Assembly (NCBI GenBank): GCA_965237415.1
Contig: CBDEFM010000001.1
Coordinates: 352,001 to 416,000, forward strand
DNA from: Alphaproteobacteria bacterium
Lineage (GTDB): Bacteria; Pseudomonadota; Alphaproteobacteria; UBA828
Reading direction: 5' to 3'
DNA length: 64,000 nucleotides
This document shows, piece after piece, positions 1 through 8,088 of this stretch (position 1 is its first letter; every line of letters starts with the position of its first letter). A program made the position numbers and the translations under genes. Below the pieces are notes generated by a model that searched no databases, had not been told where the DNA came from, and saw only the letters and a list, made by a program, of their open reading frames with translations.

Positions 1-2741
1 GGCTCCTGCAACTGCACCGGGAAGGCGTGGGCCAGGAACTCGATGACGGTCTCCCTCGGCGTGAGGTCGACGGAGAGGTCGTCCCATTCCGATGCCGGGA
101 TCTCGGCGATGCGCCGCTCCAGCAGCGCCTCGCCGGTCGAGACGAGCTGGATCACCGCGGACCGGCCGGATGCGAGATCGGCCTCGATCGCGCGGATCAG
201 GCTCGGGCACTTCATGGCCGTCAACAGGTGCCCGAAGAAGCGCTGCTTCGCGCCCTCGAAGGCGCTCATTGCGGCCGACTTGGCGTTGCGGTTCAGGGTC
301 GACTCGTCGTCGACGATGCCGGTCGCCTTGAGCGCCTCCTGGATGTTCTTGTGGATGACCTTGAAGGCGCCGGCGTAGGCGTCGTAGATGCGCCGCTGTT
401 CCGGCGTCAGGGGGTGCTCCAGAATCTGGACCTCGACGCCGTCATAGGAGAGTGCGCGGGCCTGGTAGAGCCCGAGCGCCTTCAGGTCGCGCGCGACGAC
501 CTCCATTGCGGCGACCCCGCCCGCCTCCATCGCCGAGACGAAATCGGTGCGGGTCTCGAACGGCGTGTCGCCGGCGGCCCACAAGCCCAGCCGTCCGGCA
601 TAGGCGAGGCCCGGGACCGTGGTGGCCCCGGTCGCGGAGACATAGGCGATGCGGGCGTCGGGCAGCGCGTTCTGCAACCGCAGCCCGGCGCGGCCCTGCT
701 GCGACGGCTTGACCTCGCCGCGGTTGCCCTTCGACCCCGCCGCGTTCGCCATCGCATGCGCCTCGTCGAACACGATGACGCCGGCGAAGGCGTGGCGGTC
801 GTCCTCGTCCATGCCGCCGGCCAGCCATTCCACGATCTGGTCGAGCCGGGACTGCTTGCCCTGGCGGGCTGGCGAGCGCAGCGTCGCGTAGGTTGCGAAC
901 AGGATGCCTTGGCTGAGCGGGATGTCGGCGCCCTGGCGGAAGTTGGATATGGGGAACACGTCGTCCTCGGCTCCGCCGAGCGCGGTCCAGTCGCGGCGCG
1001 CGTCTTCGACCAGCTTGTCGGACTGTGAGAGCCACAGCGCCCGCCTCCTTCCGCGCAGCCAGTTGTCGAGCACCATGGCGGCGACCTGGCGGCCCTTGCC
1101 CGCGCCGGTGCCGTCGCCGAGCATCCAGCCGCGGCGGAACCGGACCGGCGCCGACAGCACTTCGCCGTCCGCGGTGACGGACTCGGTGTCGTCCGCGTCG
1201 TCGTCCTCGCCGCAGCGCTGGACGGTCTCCCAGCCCGAGCCGATGCGGTAGTCGGCGCCGAGATGGCGCGAATGGGCCTCGCCCGCCAATACGACGCTTT
1301 CGAGCTGGGCGTCGGAGAGGAGTCCCTCGCTCACCACGCGTTCGGGCAACATGGGGCGGTACGAAGGCGTCGGATGCGGCACCGCGGCCATGGCGCCGGA
1401 CTGCACCAACGGGGTGGGATGCTCGACGGCGCCGGGGATGCGCACGACACCCGGTCGCCATGCCTCGTAGGGGCCGGCGGTCGAAACGGCGGCGGGTGCC
1501 TCGGCACCGGAATCCGAAGGGCCGGTCTCGATGGCGAGCTCGGCGACCGGACCCCATTCATGGGCGGGCTTCGGAGATGCCGCCCCAGACTGTGCGGCGG
1601 CAGCGCGCTTGGCGGCGGGTTTGGGGATTGCGTTGCCGAACAAGTCCCGGCCGGGGCCGGTGACGGTGCGGACGGGTTCCGCCTGGACGGGCAGACGGGC
1701 CGGCACGCCGGCGATGACGGCGTCGAGCAGGGCGGCGGCGTTCTCCGCGCGGGCCTGCGCGTCGACCGCGATGCCGGGCGCCTCGCTGCGGTCGAGGACA
1801 GTAAGCCTGGTGTCGAAGCCGGTGCCGCGCCGGGCATAGGCCCGTCCGTCGATGGCCATCGTGAAAACGATGCGGGCGTTTCCCGCGAGTCTTGAGAAGG
1901 CGTCGCGCCAGGCGGTATCGCCGGGCACGCAATTGGCCGAGGTGATCGCGGCGAGCCGCCCGCCATAGGGCAGCATGGCGAAGGCCGAGCGGAGATGGCG
2001 CAGGTCGGCGTCGTGGCGGATGCTGGAAACACCCGGGGTTGCCGAGAACGGCGGGTTCATCAGGACGACGGTCGGCCGGATGCCCGGCAGGTGGTCGGCG
2101 ATGTTCTCGGCGTTGTGGCGGGTGACGCGGGTGGCGGGAAAGAGCTCGCCGAGGAGCCCGGCGCGCGCATTCGCGATCTCGTTCAGATGGAGCGCGCCGG
2201 TGGCCTGGTTGCCGAGGGCGCACTCGGCCATGACGGCCAGCATGCCGGTGCCGGCGGAGGGTTCGAGCACGACATCGCCCGGGCGGATGGCGGCGGCCCG
2301 GAGCGCGGCATAGGCAAGGGTGAGCGGTGTCGAGAACTGCTGGAGGCGGATTTGGTCCTCGGAGCGCTTGGTGTGCGAGGGCTCCAGAGCGCCAATCGCG
2401 GCCAGCATCGCCAGCATGCGGCGGGGTCCGTCCGGACCGGCGCCGGCCTGCCTGCGCATCGCACGCCCATAGCGCTGCACGAACAGCACCACGGCGGCTT
2501 CGGCGGCCTCATAGGCGTCCTTCCAGATCCAGCCGCCCTCGGCATCGCTGGCGCCGAAGGCGCGGGTCATGGCGGTGCGGATGGTGGCGGCGTCGAGGGG
2601 CCGGCCGGCTTCGAGGGCAGGAAGCAGGGTCCGGGCCGCGGCGATGAGCGCGCTCGGGCCGGCGGGCGCCGGGATGGCCGTCACGGTGTGGGTGGGATGC
2701 GGGCGCGCGGGTACGACCGCCGCCTGGGAGGCGTCGAGCAT
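1..2741 (-). CDS. Strawberry-notch-family methylase/helicase (N6-MTase + AAA_34 NTPase); partial, runs off the left edge
   Basis: ATG at 2741 with GGAGA RBS. The same frame (checked at several points) gives EPSAGTG and MNPPF (MTase motifs I/IV), LGDGTGAGKGRQ (Walker A), VIVFDEAHAM and YVSATGAT. Absent from the ORF track because it has no stop in the window. Confidence 0.88.
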   Translation of the reverse strand, partial: MLDASQAAVVPARPHPTHTVTAIPAPAGPSALIAAARTLLPALEAGRPLDAATIRTAMTRAFGASDAEGGWIWKDAYEAAEAAVVLFVQRYGRAMRRQAGAGPDGPRRMLAMLAAIGALEPSHTKRSEDQIRLQQFSTPLTLAYAALRAAAIRPGDVVLEPSAGTGMLAVMAECALGNQATGALHLNEIANARAGLLGELFPATRVTRHNAENIADHLPGIRPTVVLMNPPFSATPGVSSIRHDADLRHLRSAFAMLPYGGRLAAITSANCVPGDTAWRDAFSRLAGNARIVFTMAIDGRAYARRGTGFDTRLTVLDRSEAPGIAVDAQARAENAAALLDAVIAGVPARLPVQAEPVRTVTGPGRDLFGNAIPKPAAKRAAAAQSGAASPKPAHEWGPVAELAIETGPSDSGAEAPAAVSTAGPYEAWRPGVVRIPGAVEHPTPLVQSGAMAAVPHPTPSYRPMLPERVVSEGLLSDAQLESVVLAGEAHSRHLGADYRIGSGWETVQRCGEDDDADDTESVTADGEVLSAPVRFRRGWMLGDGTGAGKGRQVAAMVLDNWLRGRRRALWLSQSDKLVEDARRDWTALGGAEDDVFPISNFRQGADIPLSQGILFATYATLRSPARQGKQSRLDQIVEWLAGGMDEDDRHAFAGVIVFDEAHAMANAAGSKGNRGEVKPSQQGRAGLRLQNALPDARIAYVSATGATTVPGLAYAGRLGLWAAGDTPFETRTDFVSAMEAGGVAAMEVVARDLKALGLYQARALSYDGVEVQILEHPLTPEQRRIYDAYAGAFKVIHKNIQEALKATGIVDDESTLNRNAKSAAMSAFEGAKQRFFGHLLTAMKCPSLIRAIEADLASGRSAVIQLVSTGEALLERRIAEIPASEWDDLSVDLTPRETVIEFLAHAFPVQLQE

Positions 2742-2874
2742 GGCGTTCTCCGGATGGGAATTGGGTGAAACCGCCGGCGGTGCGGCGCGGGAGGGTCCTC
2801 CCGCACCGTCTCACCGGTCGTGACCGGGGACGGCTGCCCCGCCTCGTGGCGGCGGGGACCGGGGATGCGGGGGA

Positions 2875-3168
2875 TCAGGCGGCGGCGGTGTTCCGGCGCT
2901 CGGCCGCGCGGGCGCGGCAGGACTCGACCAGTTGGGCGTAGTCGGCGGGATCGAGCACGCGGGCGACGTCGAGCAAGTGCGCGAGTTGCAGGCCGATGAG
3001 CCGGACGGCGGGGTCGTCACGCTGCCGGCCGCCCTCGGCGAGAACCTGCCGGCAGGCGTGGTGCAGCGTGGCCGAGATACCGGACGGGTTGCAGGCTCCG
3101 GACTCGGCGATGATGAGCGCGTCGGCGTGCCGGTCGAATCCGGGTGGCGGGCCGTCGAGGGCGTTCAC
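2875..3168 (-). CDS. Hypothetical protein (~97 aa)
   Basis: GTG at 3168 overlaps the upstream TGA (GTGA coupling); protein-like sequence NALDGPPPGFDRHADALIIAESGACNPSG. Confidence 0.6.
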   Translation of the reverse strand: MNALDGPPPGFDRHADALIIAESGACNPSGISATLHHACRQVLAEGGRQRDDPAVRLIGLQLAHLLDVARVLDPADYAQLVESCRARAAERRNTAAA

Positions 3169-3503
3169 CGCGATGCCCTCCGAACCTTGTCGACGAGGCC
3201 GTCGACGACAACGGACTCCGCACGGCAGGCGTGGCCCCAGCCGCGGAGGTTGGCCTCGACGTCGGTCCACGAGCCGATGAGGGCGTTGAAGAACGGGTCG
3301 TCCGTGGTGGCGGCAAATACGCATCCGCCGGTCACCACGGCGCCGGTGATGGCGGGCTCGGTCATCGCCGGCCGTCCTATCAGGCAACAAAGCAGCGCTC
3401 CGAATGCGGGCGAGAGGTTCTCGGCCTTCGCGGGGTCCATCGGGTGCATGGCCGGCGGCGGGCCGGCGGGCGCGGCGTGTGCCGCGGTCTCGATGTGGGG
3501 CAT
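3165..3503 (-). CDS. Hypothetical protein (112 aa)
   Basis: AGGAG RBS upstream; coupled to the next gene. Confidence 0.6.
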   Translation of the reverse strand: MPHIETAAHAAPAGPPPAMHPMDPAKAENLSPAFGALLCCLIGRPAMTEPAITGAVVTGGCVFAATTDDPFFNALIGSWTDVEANLRGWGHACRAESVVVDGLVDKVRRASR

Positions 3504-3526
3504 GGTCGTCTCCTGCGTAAGATGAC

Positions 3527-3568
3527 GAAAAGAAAACGCCCCGCCCCGGAACGGGCCGGGACGGGGCG
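3527..3568 (-). terminator. Intrinsic terminator-like hairpin
   Basis: GC stem CGCCCCG-CCCCGG/CCGGGA-CGGGGCG followed on the minus strand by TTTTCTTTT, just after the DUF2958 gene. Confidence 0.5.
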
Positions 3569-3589
3569 AGAAGCGACGGGTCGAGGGGG

Positions 3590-3976
3590 TCAGGCCGTGG
3601 CGGTGGCGGTCTTGCGGCGGTTCGCGGTGGCCTCGAGCTCGGGGCCACGTTCGACGATTCGTCCGGCGGCGCGGGCGGCTTCGGCATACACCGACAAGCT
3701 GTATTTCGGACGAAAATGCAGATCCCGCTCGATGCCGAGGCCGAACCGGACGCGGATCGCGGCGATCTCGGCAAGGCTGCTGTATCCCAACTCCGGGGTG
3801 CCGAAGCCGAGACAGGCCAGACCGAACAGCGTGTCTCCGTCTTCATCGAGCTCCGCAAACAGCCACGTCGCCGCGCCGCACGGATTGAAAAATTTCAATG
3901 GCGGGGGGTGGTCCTGGTCTCGTTTCTTTCCGTTCGCGAGCAGCTTCTCCCGCAACGCTTTGGTGAGAAGTTTCAT
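3590..3976 (-). CDS. DUF2958-family protein
   Basis: LLANG..HPPPLKFFNPCGAATWLFAELD..LFGLACLGFGTPELGYSSLAEI..IERDLHF matches the DUF2958 pattern; GGAGG RBS. Confidence 0.85.
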   Translation of the reverse strand: MKLLTKALREKLLANGKKRDQDHPPPLKFFNPCGAATWLFAELDEDGDTLFGLACLGFGTPELGYSSLAEIAAIRVRFGLGIERDLHFRPKYSLSVYAEAARAAGRIVERGPELEATANRRKTATATA

Positions 3977-3988
3977 CGGGACCTCCGG

Positions 3989-4207
3989 TCAGTGCGGGAT
4001 GGGCTGGCCGGTGGCGCCCGGCGGGCCGATGGCGACGTCGATGTGGTCGCCGTCGACGGTGATGGTGACCGTGCGGTCGCGAGGCATGAGCCAGTGGATC
4101 TCGGTCCAGAGGGCGTTGGCGATGGCGCGGCGCTGCGCGTCGTCGCCCGAGCACGCCGGGGCGGGCGTTGCGCCGGTGTCCCGGCGGGAAGCGCTGAGAA
4201 GGTCCAT
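3989..4207 (-). CDS. Hypothetical protein (72 aa)
   Basis: GGAG RBS; fits the operon spacing. Confidence 0.5.
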   Translation of the reverse strand: MDLLSASRRDTGATPAPACSGDDAQRRAIANALWTEIHWLMPRDRTVTITVDGDHIDVAIGPPGATGQPIPH

Positions 4208-4446
4208 GGGCGGAATCTCCGGTGAAATGATGAAGGGACTTGGCGGACCGGGGACGCTCCCTCGCCCCGGCTCTCGCTCGCCCGCGCGAAGGCCGGACCC
4301 GGCTCCGGGCGGCGCCGGGTCCGGACTGGCGGTCGATGAAAGGGCGGCGGTGAACCGGGGGTTGGTCGTCGAGGAGGCGGTTTCGGGCGCGTCCTCGCCT
4401 GTCCGTCACGTCAGGGGTGCGCGTCCGGGATGCGCCCGGACGAGTG

Positions 4447-4788
4447 TCAGGCGGGGCTGGTTTCGCGCGTGTGCGCCCAGGGGCATTGCTCCCACAGCGT
4501 GCGGAGCGTGCGCGGCATGCCCGCGTACTCGCCGTCGTTGTGGTTGTAGGAGGGCCAGTCCTGGTCGCGCATCCAGGTGGAGCCGTCGAGGTAGTAGACG
4601 CCGCCGGGGCATGTGCGCCGGATTGGGGCGCCGTCCGCGGGCCGCCATTCGTAGCCGATGAGCGGCCGGTCGTGGTGGTCGGAGCGGTAAAGGGTCAGCC
4701 GCCATTCGTGCTTGCCGATCGTCATGGGCTCGGACTGGCGGATAACCCGGTTGCCGGCGAAGTCGAATGCGCTCCCGCCCTCCATCAT
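4447..4788 (-). CDS. Hypothetical protein (~113 aa)
   Basis: ATG at 4788 overlaps the upstream TGA (ATGA); Trp/Tyr-rich, protein-like composition. Confidence 0.55.
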   Translation of the reverse strand: MMEGGSAFDFAGNRVIRQSEPMTIGKHEWRLTLYRSDHHDRPLIGYEWRPADGAPIRRTCPGGVYYLDGSTWMRDQDWPSYNHNDGEYAGMPRTLRTLWEQCPWAHTRETSPA

Positions 4789-5150
4789 GCGGTCTCCGCG
4801 ACGGGCTTCATCGTGTAGCTGCACTCGACATCGCAGTCGGCGCAGATCGCGGCGGGCTCGTATGTGCTGTGCAACGCCCAGCGCTGGGCATCGACGTCCC
4901 AGCAGGCCCACGCATCCACTTGGACACCGGTGCCGCCGCAGGTGTTGCAGACGGGCTGCATGCGCGGTCCCGCCGCGGGCTCGCGCGGGTTCAGCATCGC
5001 TGCGCCGCCGCACCCCTCGACCGGGCAGTCGCCGGCGGGCATGACGTCGCCGGGATGCACGCGCTCATGCAGGTGACGGAATTCCAGCGTGTCGTCGACC
5101 GGACCCGTCCAGCCGCAGTCCTGGCACGCGGCGGTCTCTATCTGGCCCAT
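4785..5150 (-). CDS. Cys-rich putative zinc-ribbon protein (~121 aa)
   Basis: ATG at 5150 with GAGGAG RBS; CQDC, CPVEGC, CNTC and CADC pairs. Confidence 0.65.
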   Translation of the reverse strand: MGQIETAACQDCGWTGPVDDTLEFRHLHERVHPGDVMPAGDCPVEGCGGAAMLNPREPAAGPRMQPVCNTCGGTGVQVDAWACWDVDAQRWALHSTYEPAAICADCDVECSYTMKPVAETA

Positions 5151-5178
5151 GGGGCTTCTCCTCGAATCGCAGGGGAAT

Positions 5179-5282
5179 TGGTGGGGCGGGCGGGATTCGA
5201 ACCCGCGAGGTCGGTCCCTCCAGTTGACTCCGACCACTCCCGCGCAGAGGGCGTTCACAGCTTGGCCGGAGCCTCACGCCCC
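5179..5282 (-). ncRNA. tRNA-like RNA (104 nt) with encoded CCA, degenerate anticodon arm and long extra arm
   Basis: 5' GGGGCG pairs with CGCCCC-A-CCA; T arm GCGGG-TTCGAAT-CCCGC; D-like stem GGCT/AGCT starts at nt 10 and its loop contains GG; extra helix GGTCGG/CCGACC. Confidence 0.6.
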
Positions 5283-5339
5283 GATGGCGCTCGACCGAAG
5301 GGCGAGTCCGAAATCCCTGTCCCCGGTCGGAATCGCAGC

Positions 5340-5678
5340 TCAGTGCAACAGGTCGGCGACGCCGAGCCTCTCGAAGGCGTGGCGCAATCCGTCGTCACTT
5401 CCGGGGTCGATCTTCATCGGGCCGTAGCCGGCTTCGTCGTTCCACCGCGCGAGCTCGCGCAGCTGCTCTGTGAACTCGGCATCGGTGTCGCAGACCGTCG
5501 TGGTGAGATCTCCTTCGGCGAAGTTGACGATCGTGCGCACGGCGGGCGAACACCATGTGCCGTAATAAGAGGCATCCTGCTTCGTATCGACCTGGGCGAA
5601 GCCGTTGGCGATTGAGCATGGGCCGCAGTCGAAGCTGTAGCGGTCCGACAGCGGCTTGAAGTCTCGGCTGGTTTTCAT
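5340..5678 (-). CDS. Hypothetical protein (112 aa)
   Basis: DRYSFD..GFAQVDTKQDASYYGTW..FAEGD is protein-like and on the operon strand. Confidence 0.7.
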   Translation of the reverse strand: MKTSRDFKPLSDRYSFDCGPCSIANGFAQVDTKQDASYYGTWCSPAVRTIVNFAEGDLTTTVCDTDAEFTEQLRELARWNDEAGYGPMKIDPGSDDGLRHAFERLGVADLLH

Positions 5679-5744
5679 GGGGTCTTGGTCCCTCGTAGCG
5701 AACGCTTGGATGGCGCTCGATGGAGCGGTGGGGCCGGCCTGGCG

Positions 5745-6233
5745 TCAGTTGTCGAATCCGCAGATGCGAATCCGGGCCCGTCCTTCGGTGACCGTCACGT
5801 CCGGGCGGCCCCCGGGTCCGGGCGTGACGATGACGAGCGGTTTGTTGGCTGGGGGATGCGGCGGATCGCGCACCTCCGCGGTGACCGTGCCGGCGGTGCT
5901 CGCGAAACGCATGAGCACCCGCCCGCGGGTGACTTCGATACCGCCGCCGGGCTTTGCCGGGTCGGTGATGGTGACGATCGGCGGCTCGCCCTGCTCGGTG
6001 AAGCGGTCGGGCACCGGCAACGCGGTATCCGTGGCCCACGGATCGGCATCGGCGCCCTCGCACACGGCATCGACGTGCGAGTCGCCGCAATGGTCGAGGG
6101 AGCGCCAGGCATCGCTCTGGTTGGCGGCCTCGAGGGCCTTCTCCAGCGCCTCATCGAGGGTCTCCGCCTCGACGGTGACGGTGTTCGCGAAATACGCCGG
6201 ATACACACACTGGACAGTGAACGGTCTGGTCAT
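5745..6233 (-). CDS. Hypothetical protein (~162 aa)
   Basis: GTG/ATG start overlaps the GHKL gene stop; GAGG RBS; MTRPFTVQCVYPAYFANTVTVEAETLDEALEKA. Confidence 0.6.
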   Translation of the reverse strand: MTRPFTVQCVYPAYFANTVTVEAETLDEALEKALEAANQSDAWRSLDHCGDSHVDAVCEGADADPWATDTALPVPDRFTEQGEPPIVTITDPAKPGGGIEVTRGRVLMRFASTAGTVTAEVRDPPHPPANKPLVIVTPGPGGRPDVTVTEGRARIRICGFDN

Positions 6234-7981
6234 CACGCCACCTCTGCAACGGGCTCGCCCAGCGTGACCGTCACCTTGCGGTCGCGCACCGCGATGTCGA
6301 CGTCGCGGTCGCGGGGGAAGAGCCAGAAGATCTCGCGCGAGAGCGCATCGGCGATGGAAACCTTGCGTGCCTCGTCGTCCGAACAAAGAAGCCTCGTGGC
6401 AATGTGAAGGGCCTCGTGGTCGAAGTCCGCCCTTTGCCGGTCCCACGAGTCGGCGTCGGCGTCATCGGAAGGCGAGAAGAACCCGGCCCGCATCAGCTCG
6501 GCGAGCGCATGGGGTTCGAGAGTGCTGGCGATGGTCACCAGCGGCAGGGCGTCGCCGACCCACGACCAGGCTTCGCCGGCGAACGCGAGATCGGTGTCGA
6601 GGTCGACGATGCGCCCCGGCCCCTCGGCCGGCCTGACCGCGAGGCCGATGCAGATCGCGTCGGGCTGCTGCGGCAGGGGCGCCTGCGGCGCGCCCGTCCG
6701 GTCGGGCACGGGATACGTATCAAGGGCGCAGGCTCGCCCCCCGGCCGTGACCGTGGTGTGGATGTTGCGGACCCGGTCGAGCCGGTCGTACCACGCATAG
6801 CCTTCGAGACGGCGGTCGGTCTCGAACAGGCGGTCCGCGATGCCGGCCCGCTTCGCCGCGCGCGCAAACGCCTGAGCTTCCGGCGGCTCGGGGTCGCAGG
6901 CCATGACCAGCGCGCCATCGCCGACGGCGGCACGCTTCGGCGGCTCGCGCCAGTCGTCGACGTCGGCGAGGCTCGCGCGCCAGGGGCGAAGCTCGGCCGG
7001 CGGCGCGGCGATGTCGATGTCGGCCTCGTGCGCCCGCTTGCGGTCCTCGAAGCACGGGCGCGGGTCCGGATCGGCGGCCATGGCGCGGAAGATGGCAAGG
7101 CGCGCGGCCTCGCGCATCCCGGCAAGGAACGGCGTCTCGACCGCCTCCTTGCGGGCGGGCAGCACCAGCTCCAGGTCGGGGCAGTCGTCGATATCGGCGG
7201 CCACCGTCCACTGGGGACCATGCACGGCTTCGACGGTCGGCAGGCGGACGGCCACGGTGAGGCCGTGGAAGTTCACATCCGGGTCGTTCAGGCCGAAGCC
7301 GTTCCAGCGGTCCTTGAACACGCCGAAGACCAACCCCTGCCAACGCTCGGCATGCAGCGCGCCGTCGAGGAAGGCGCAGCGTTCGAGCGCCGCGCCGCCG
7401 GCCGGGGTGTCCGGCACGTTCTCGAAGAAGACCGGCAGCGGATAATGGCGCGCGGCGGTCTCGGCGGCCCGGCGGATGGCCTCGGCGGTCTCGGTCTCCG
7501 TCGCCTGGAAGGTGACGGCGGTGCCATAGCGCCAGGGCGCGGCATCGTCGGGATAAACGTGGGCTTCGGCTTCGCCCAGGAAGTGCGCGGGCGTCAGCTC
7601 GACACGCCAGCCCGGGGCGGGGTCGTAGCCCGTGGTCCGGGTCCGGGACGAGACGGTGCAGCCGCGTCGCGCGAGGCTCAGCATGCCCATGCCGGCGGCG
7701 TCCTCGCGGCGGACCAGGTCCTCGTTCCAGCCGTTCTCGCCGAACGACAGCAGGACGGACGCGTCGGCGATGCCGGCGCCATCGTCGGCGACGGTGACGG
7801 TCAGGGGGCCGGTCTCAGGGCCGCCGACGATGACGTGGACGCGCGTGGCGCCGGCCCGACGGCAGTTCTGAAAGGTCTCGGTGAAGATGTCCGCGAGCCC
7901 GGCGGCATACATCCTTGTGACGCGGCGGATGGCGCCGTCATGGACCCGCGCGCGGATGGGCGAGGCGATGGAATCGTTCAT
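6233..7981 (-). CDS. GHKL (HATPase_c/Hsp90-like) ATP-binding protein with uncharacterised C-terminal region
   Basis: ETFQNCRRAGA (N box), VADDGAGI (G1 box), DAAGMGMLSL (G2 box), GTAVTF; ATG at 7981 with GAGGAG RBS. Confidence 0.8.
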   Translation of the reverse strand: MNDSIASPIRARVHDGAIRRVTRMYAAGLADIFTETFQNCRRAGATRVHVIVGGPETGPLTVTVADDGAGIADASVLLSFGENGWNEDLVRREDAAGMGMLSLARRGCTVSSRTRTTGYDPAPGWRVELTPAHFLGEAEAHVYPDDAAPWRYGTAVTFQATETETAEAIRRAAETAARHYPLPVFFENVPDTPAGGAALERCAFLDGALHAERWQGLVFGVFKDRWNGFGLNDPDVNFHGLTVAVRLPTVEAVHGPQWTVAADIDDCPDLELVLPARKEAVETPFLAGMREAARLAIFRAMAADPDPRPCFEDRKRAHEADIDIAAPPAELRPWRASLADVDDWREPPKRAAVGDGALVMACDPEPPEAQAFARAAKRAGIADRLFETDRRLEGYAWYDRLDRVRNIHTTVTAGGRACALDTYPVPDRTGAPQAPLPQQPDAICIGLAVRPAEGPGRIVDLDTDLAFAGEAWSWVGDALPLVTIASTLEPHALAELMRAGFFSPSDDADADSWDRQRADFDHEALHIATRLLCSDDEARKVSIADALSREIFWLFPRDRDVDIAVRDRKVTVTLGEPVAEVA

Positions 7982-8011
7982 GGGCGGTCTCCTCAAACGA
8001 TGCGGAAACGA

Positions 8012-8071
8012 AAGCGCCCCGCGCGGCCTGCCCCGGCCTGTGAGCCGGGACGGGTTGCCGGCGGGGCGCTT
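8012..8071. terminator. 60-nt GC-rich hairpin after the parB-like gene
   Basis: Outer stem AAGCGCCCCGC/GCGGGGCGCTT; inner stem GCCCCGG/CCGGGAC. Confidence 0.45.
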
Positions 8072-8088
8072 CGTGGGATGGCGGACGG

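Noticed and set aside
5179-5282. Calling the element a functional tRNA, tRNA-Sec or tmRNA
   Set aside because: No valid anticodon loop or UCA anticodon, no G3:U70 pair and no tag reading frame; kept only as tRNA-like
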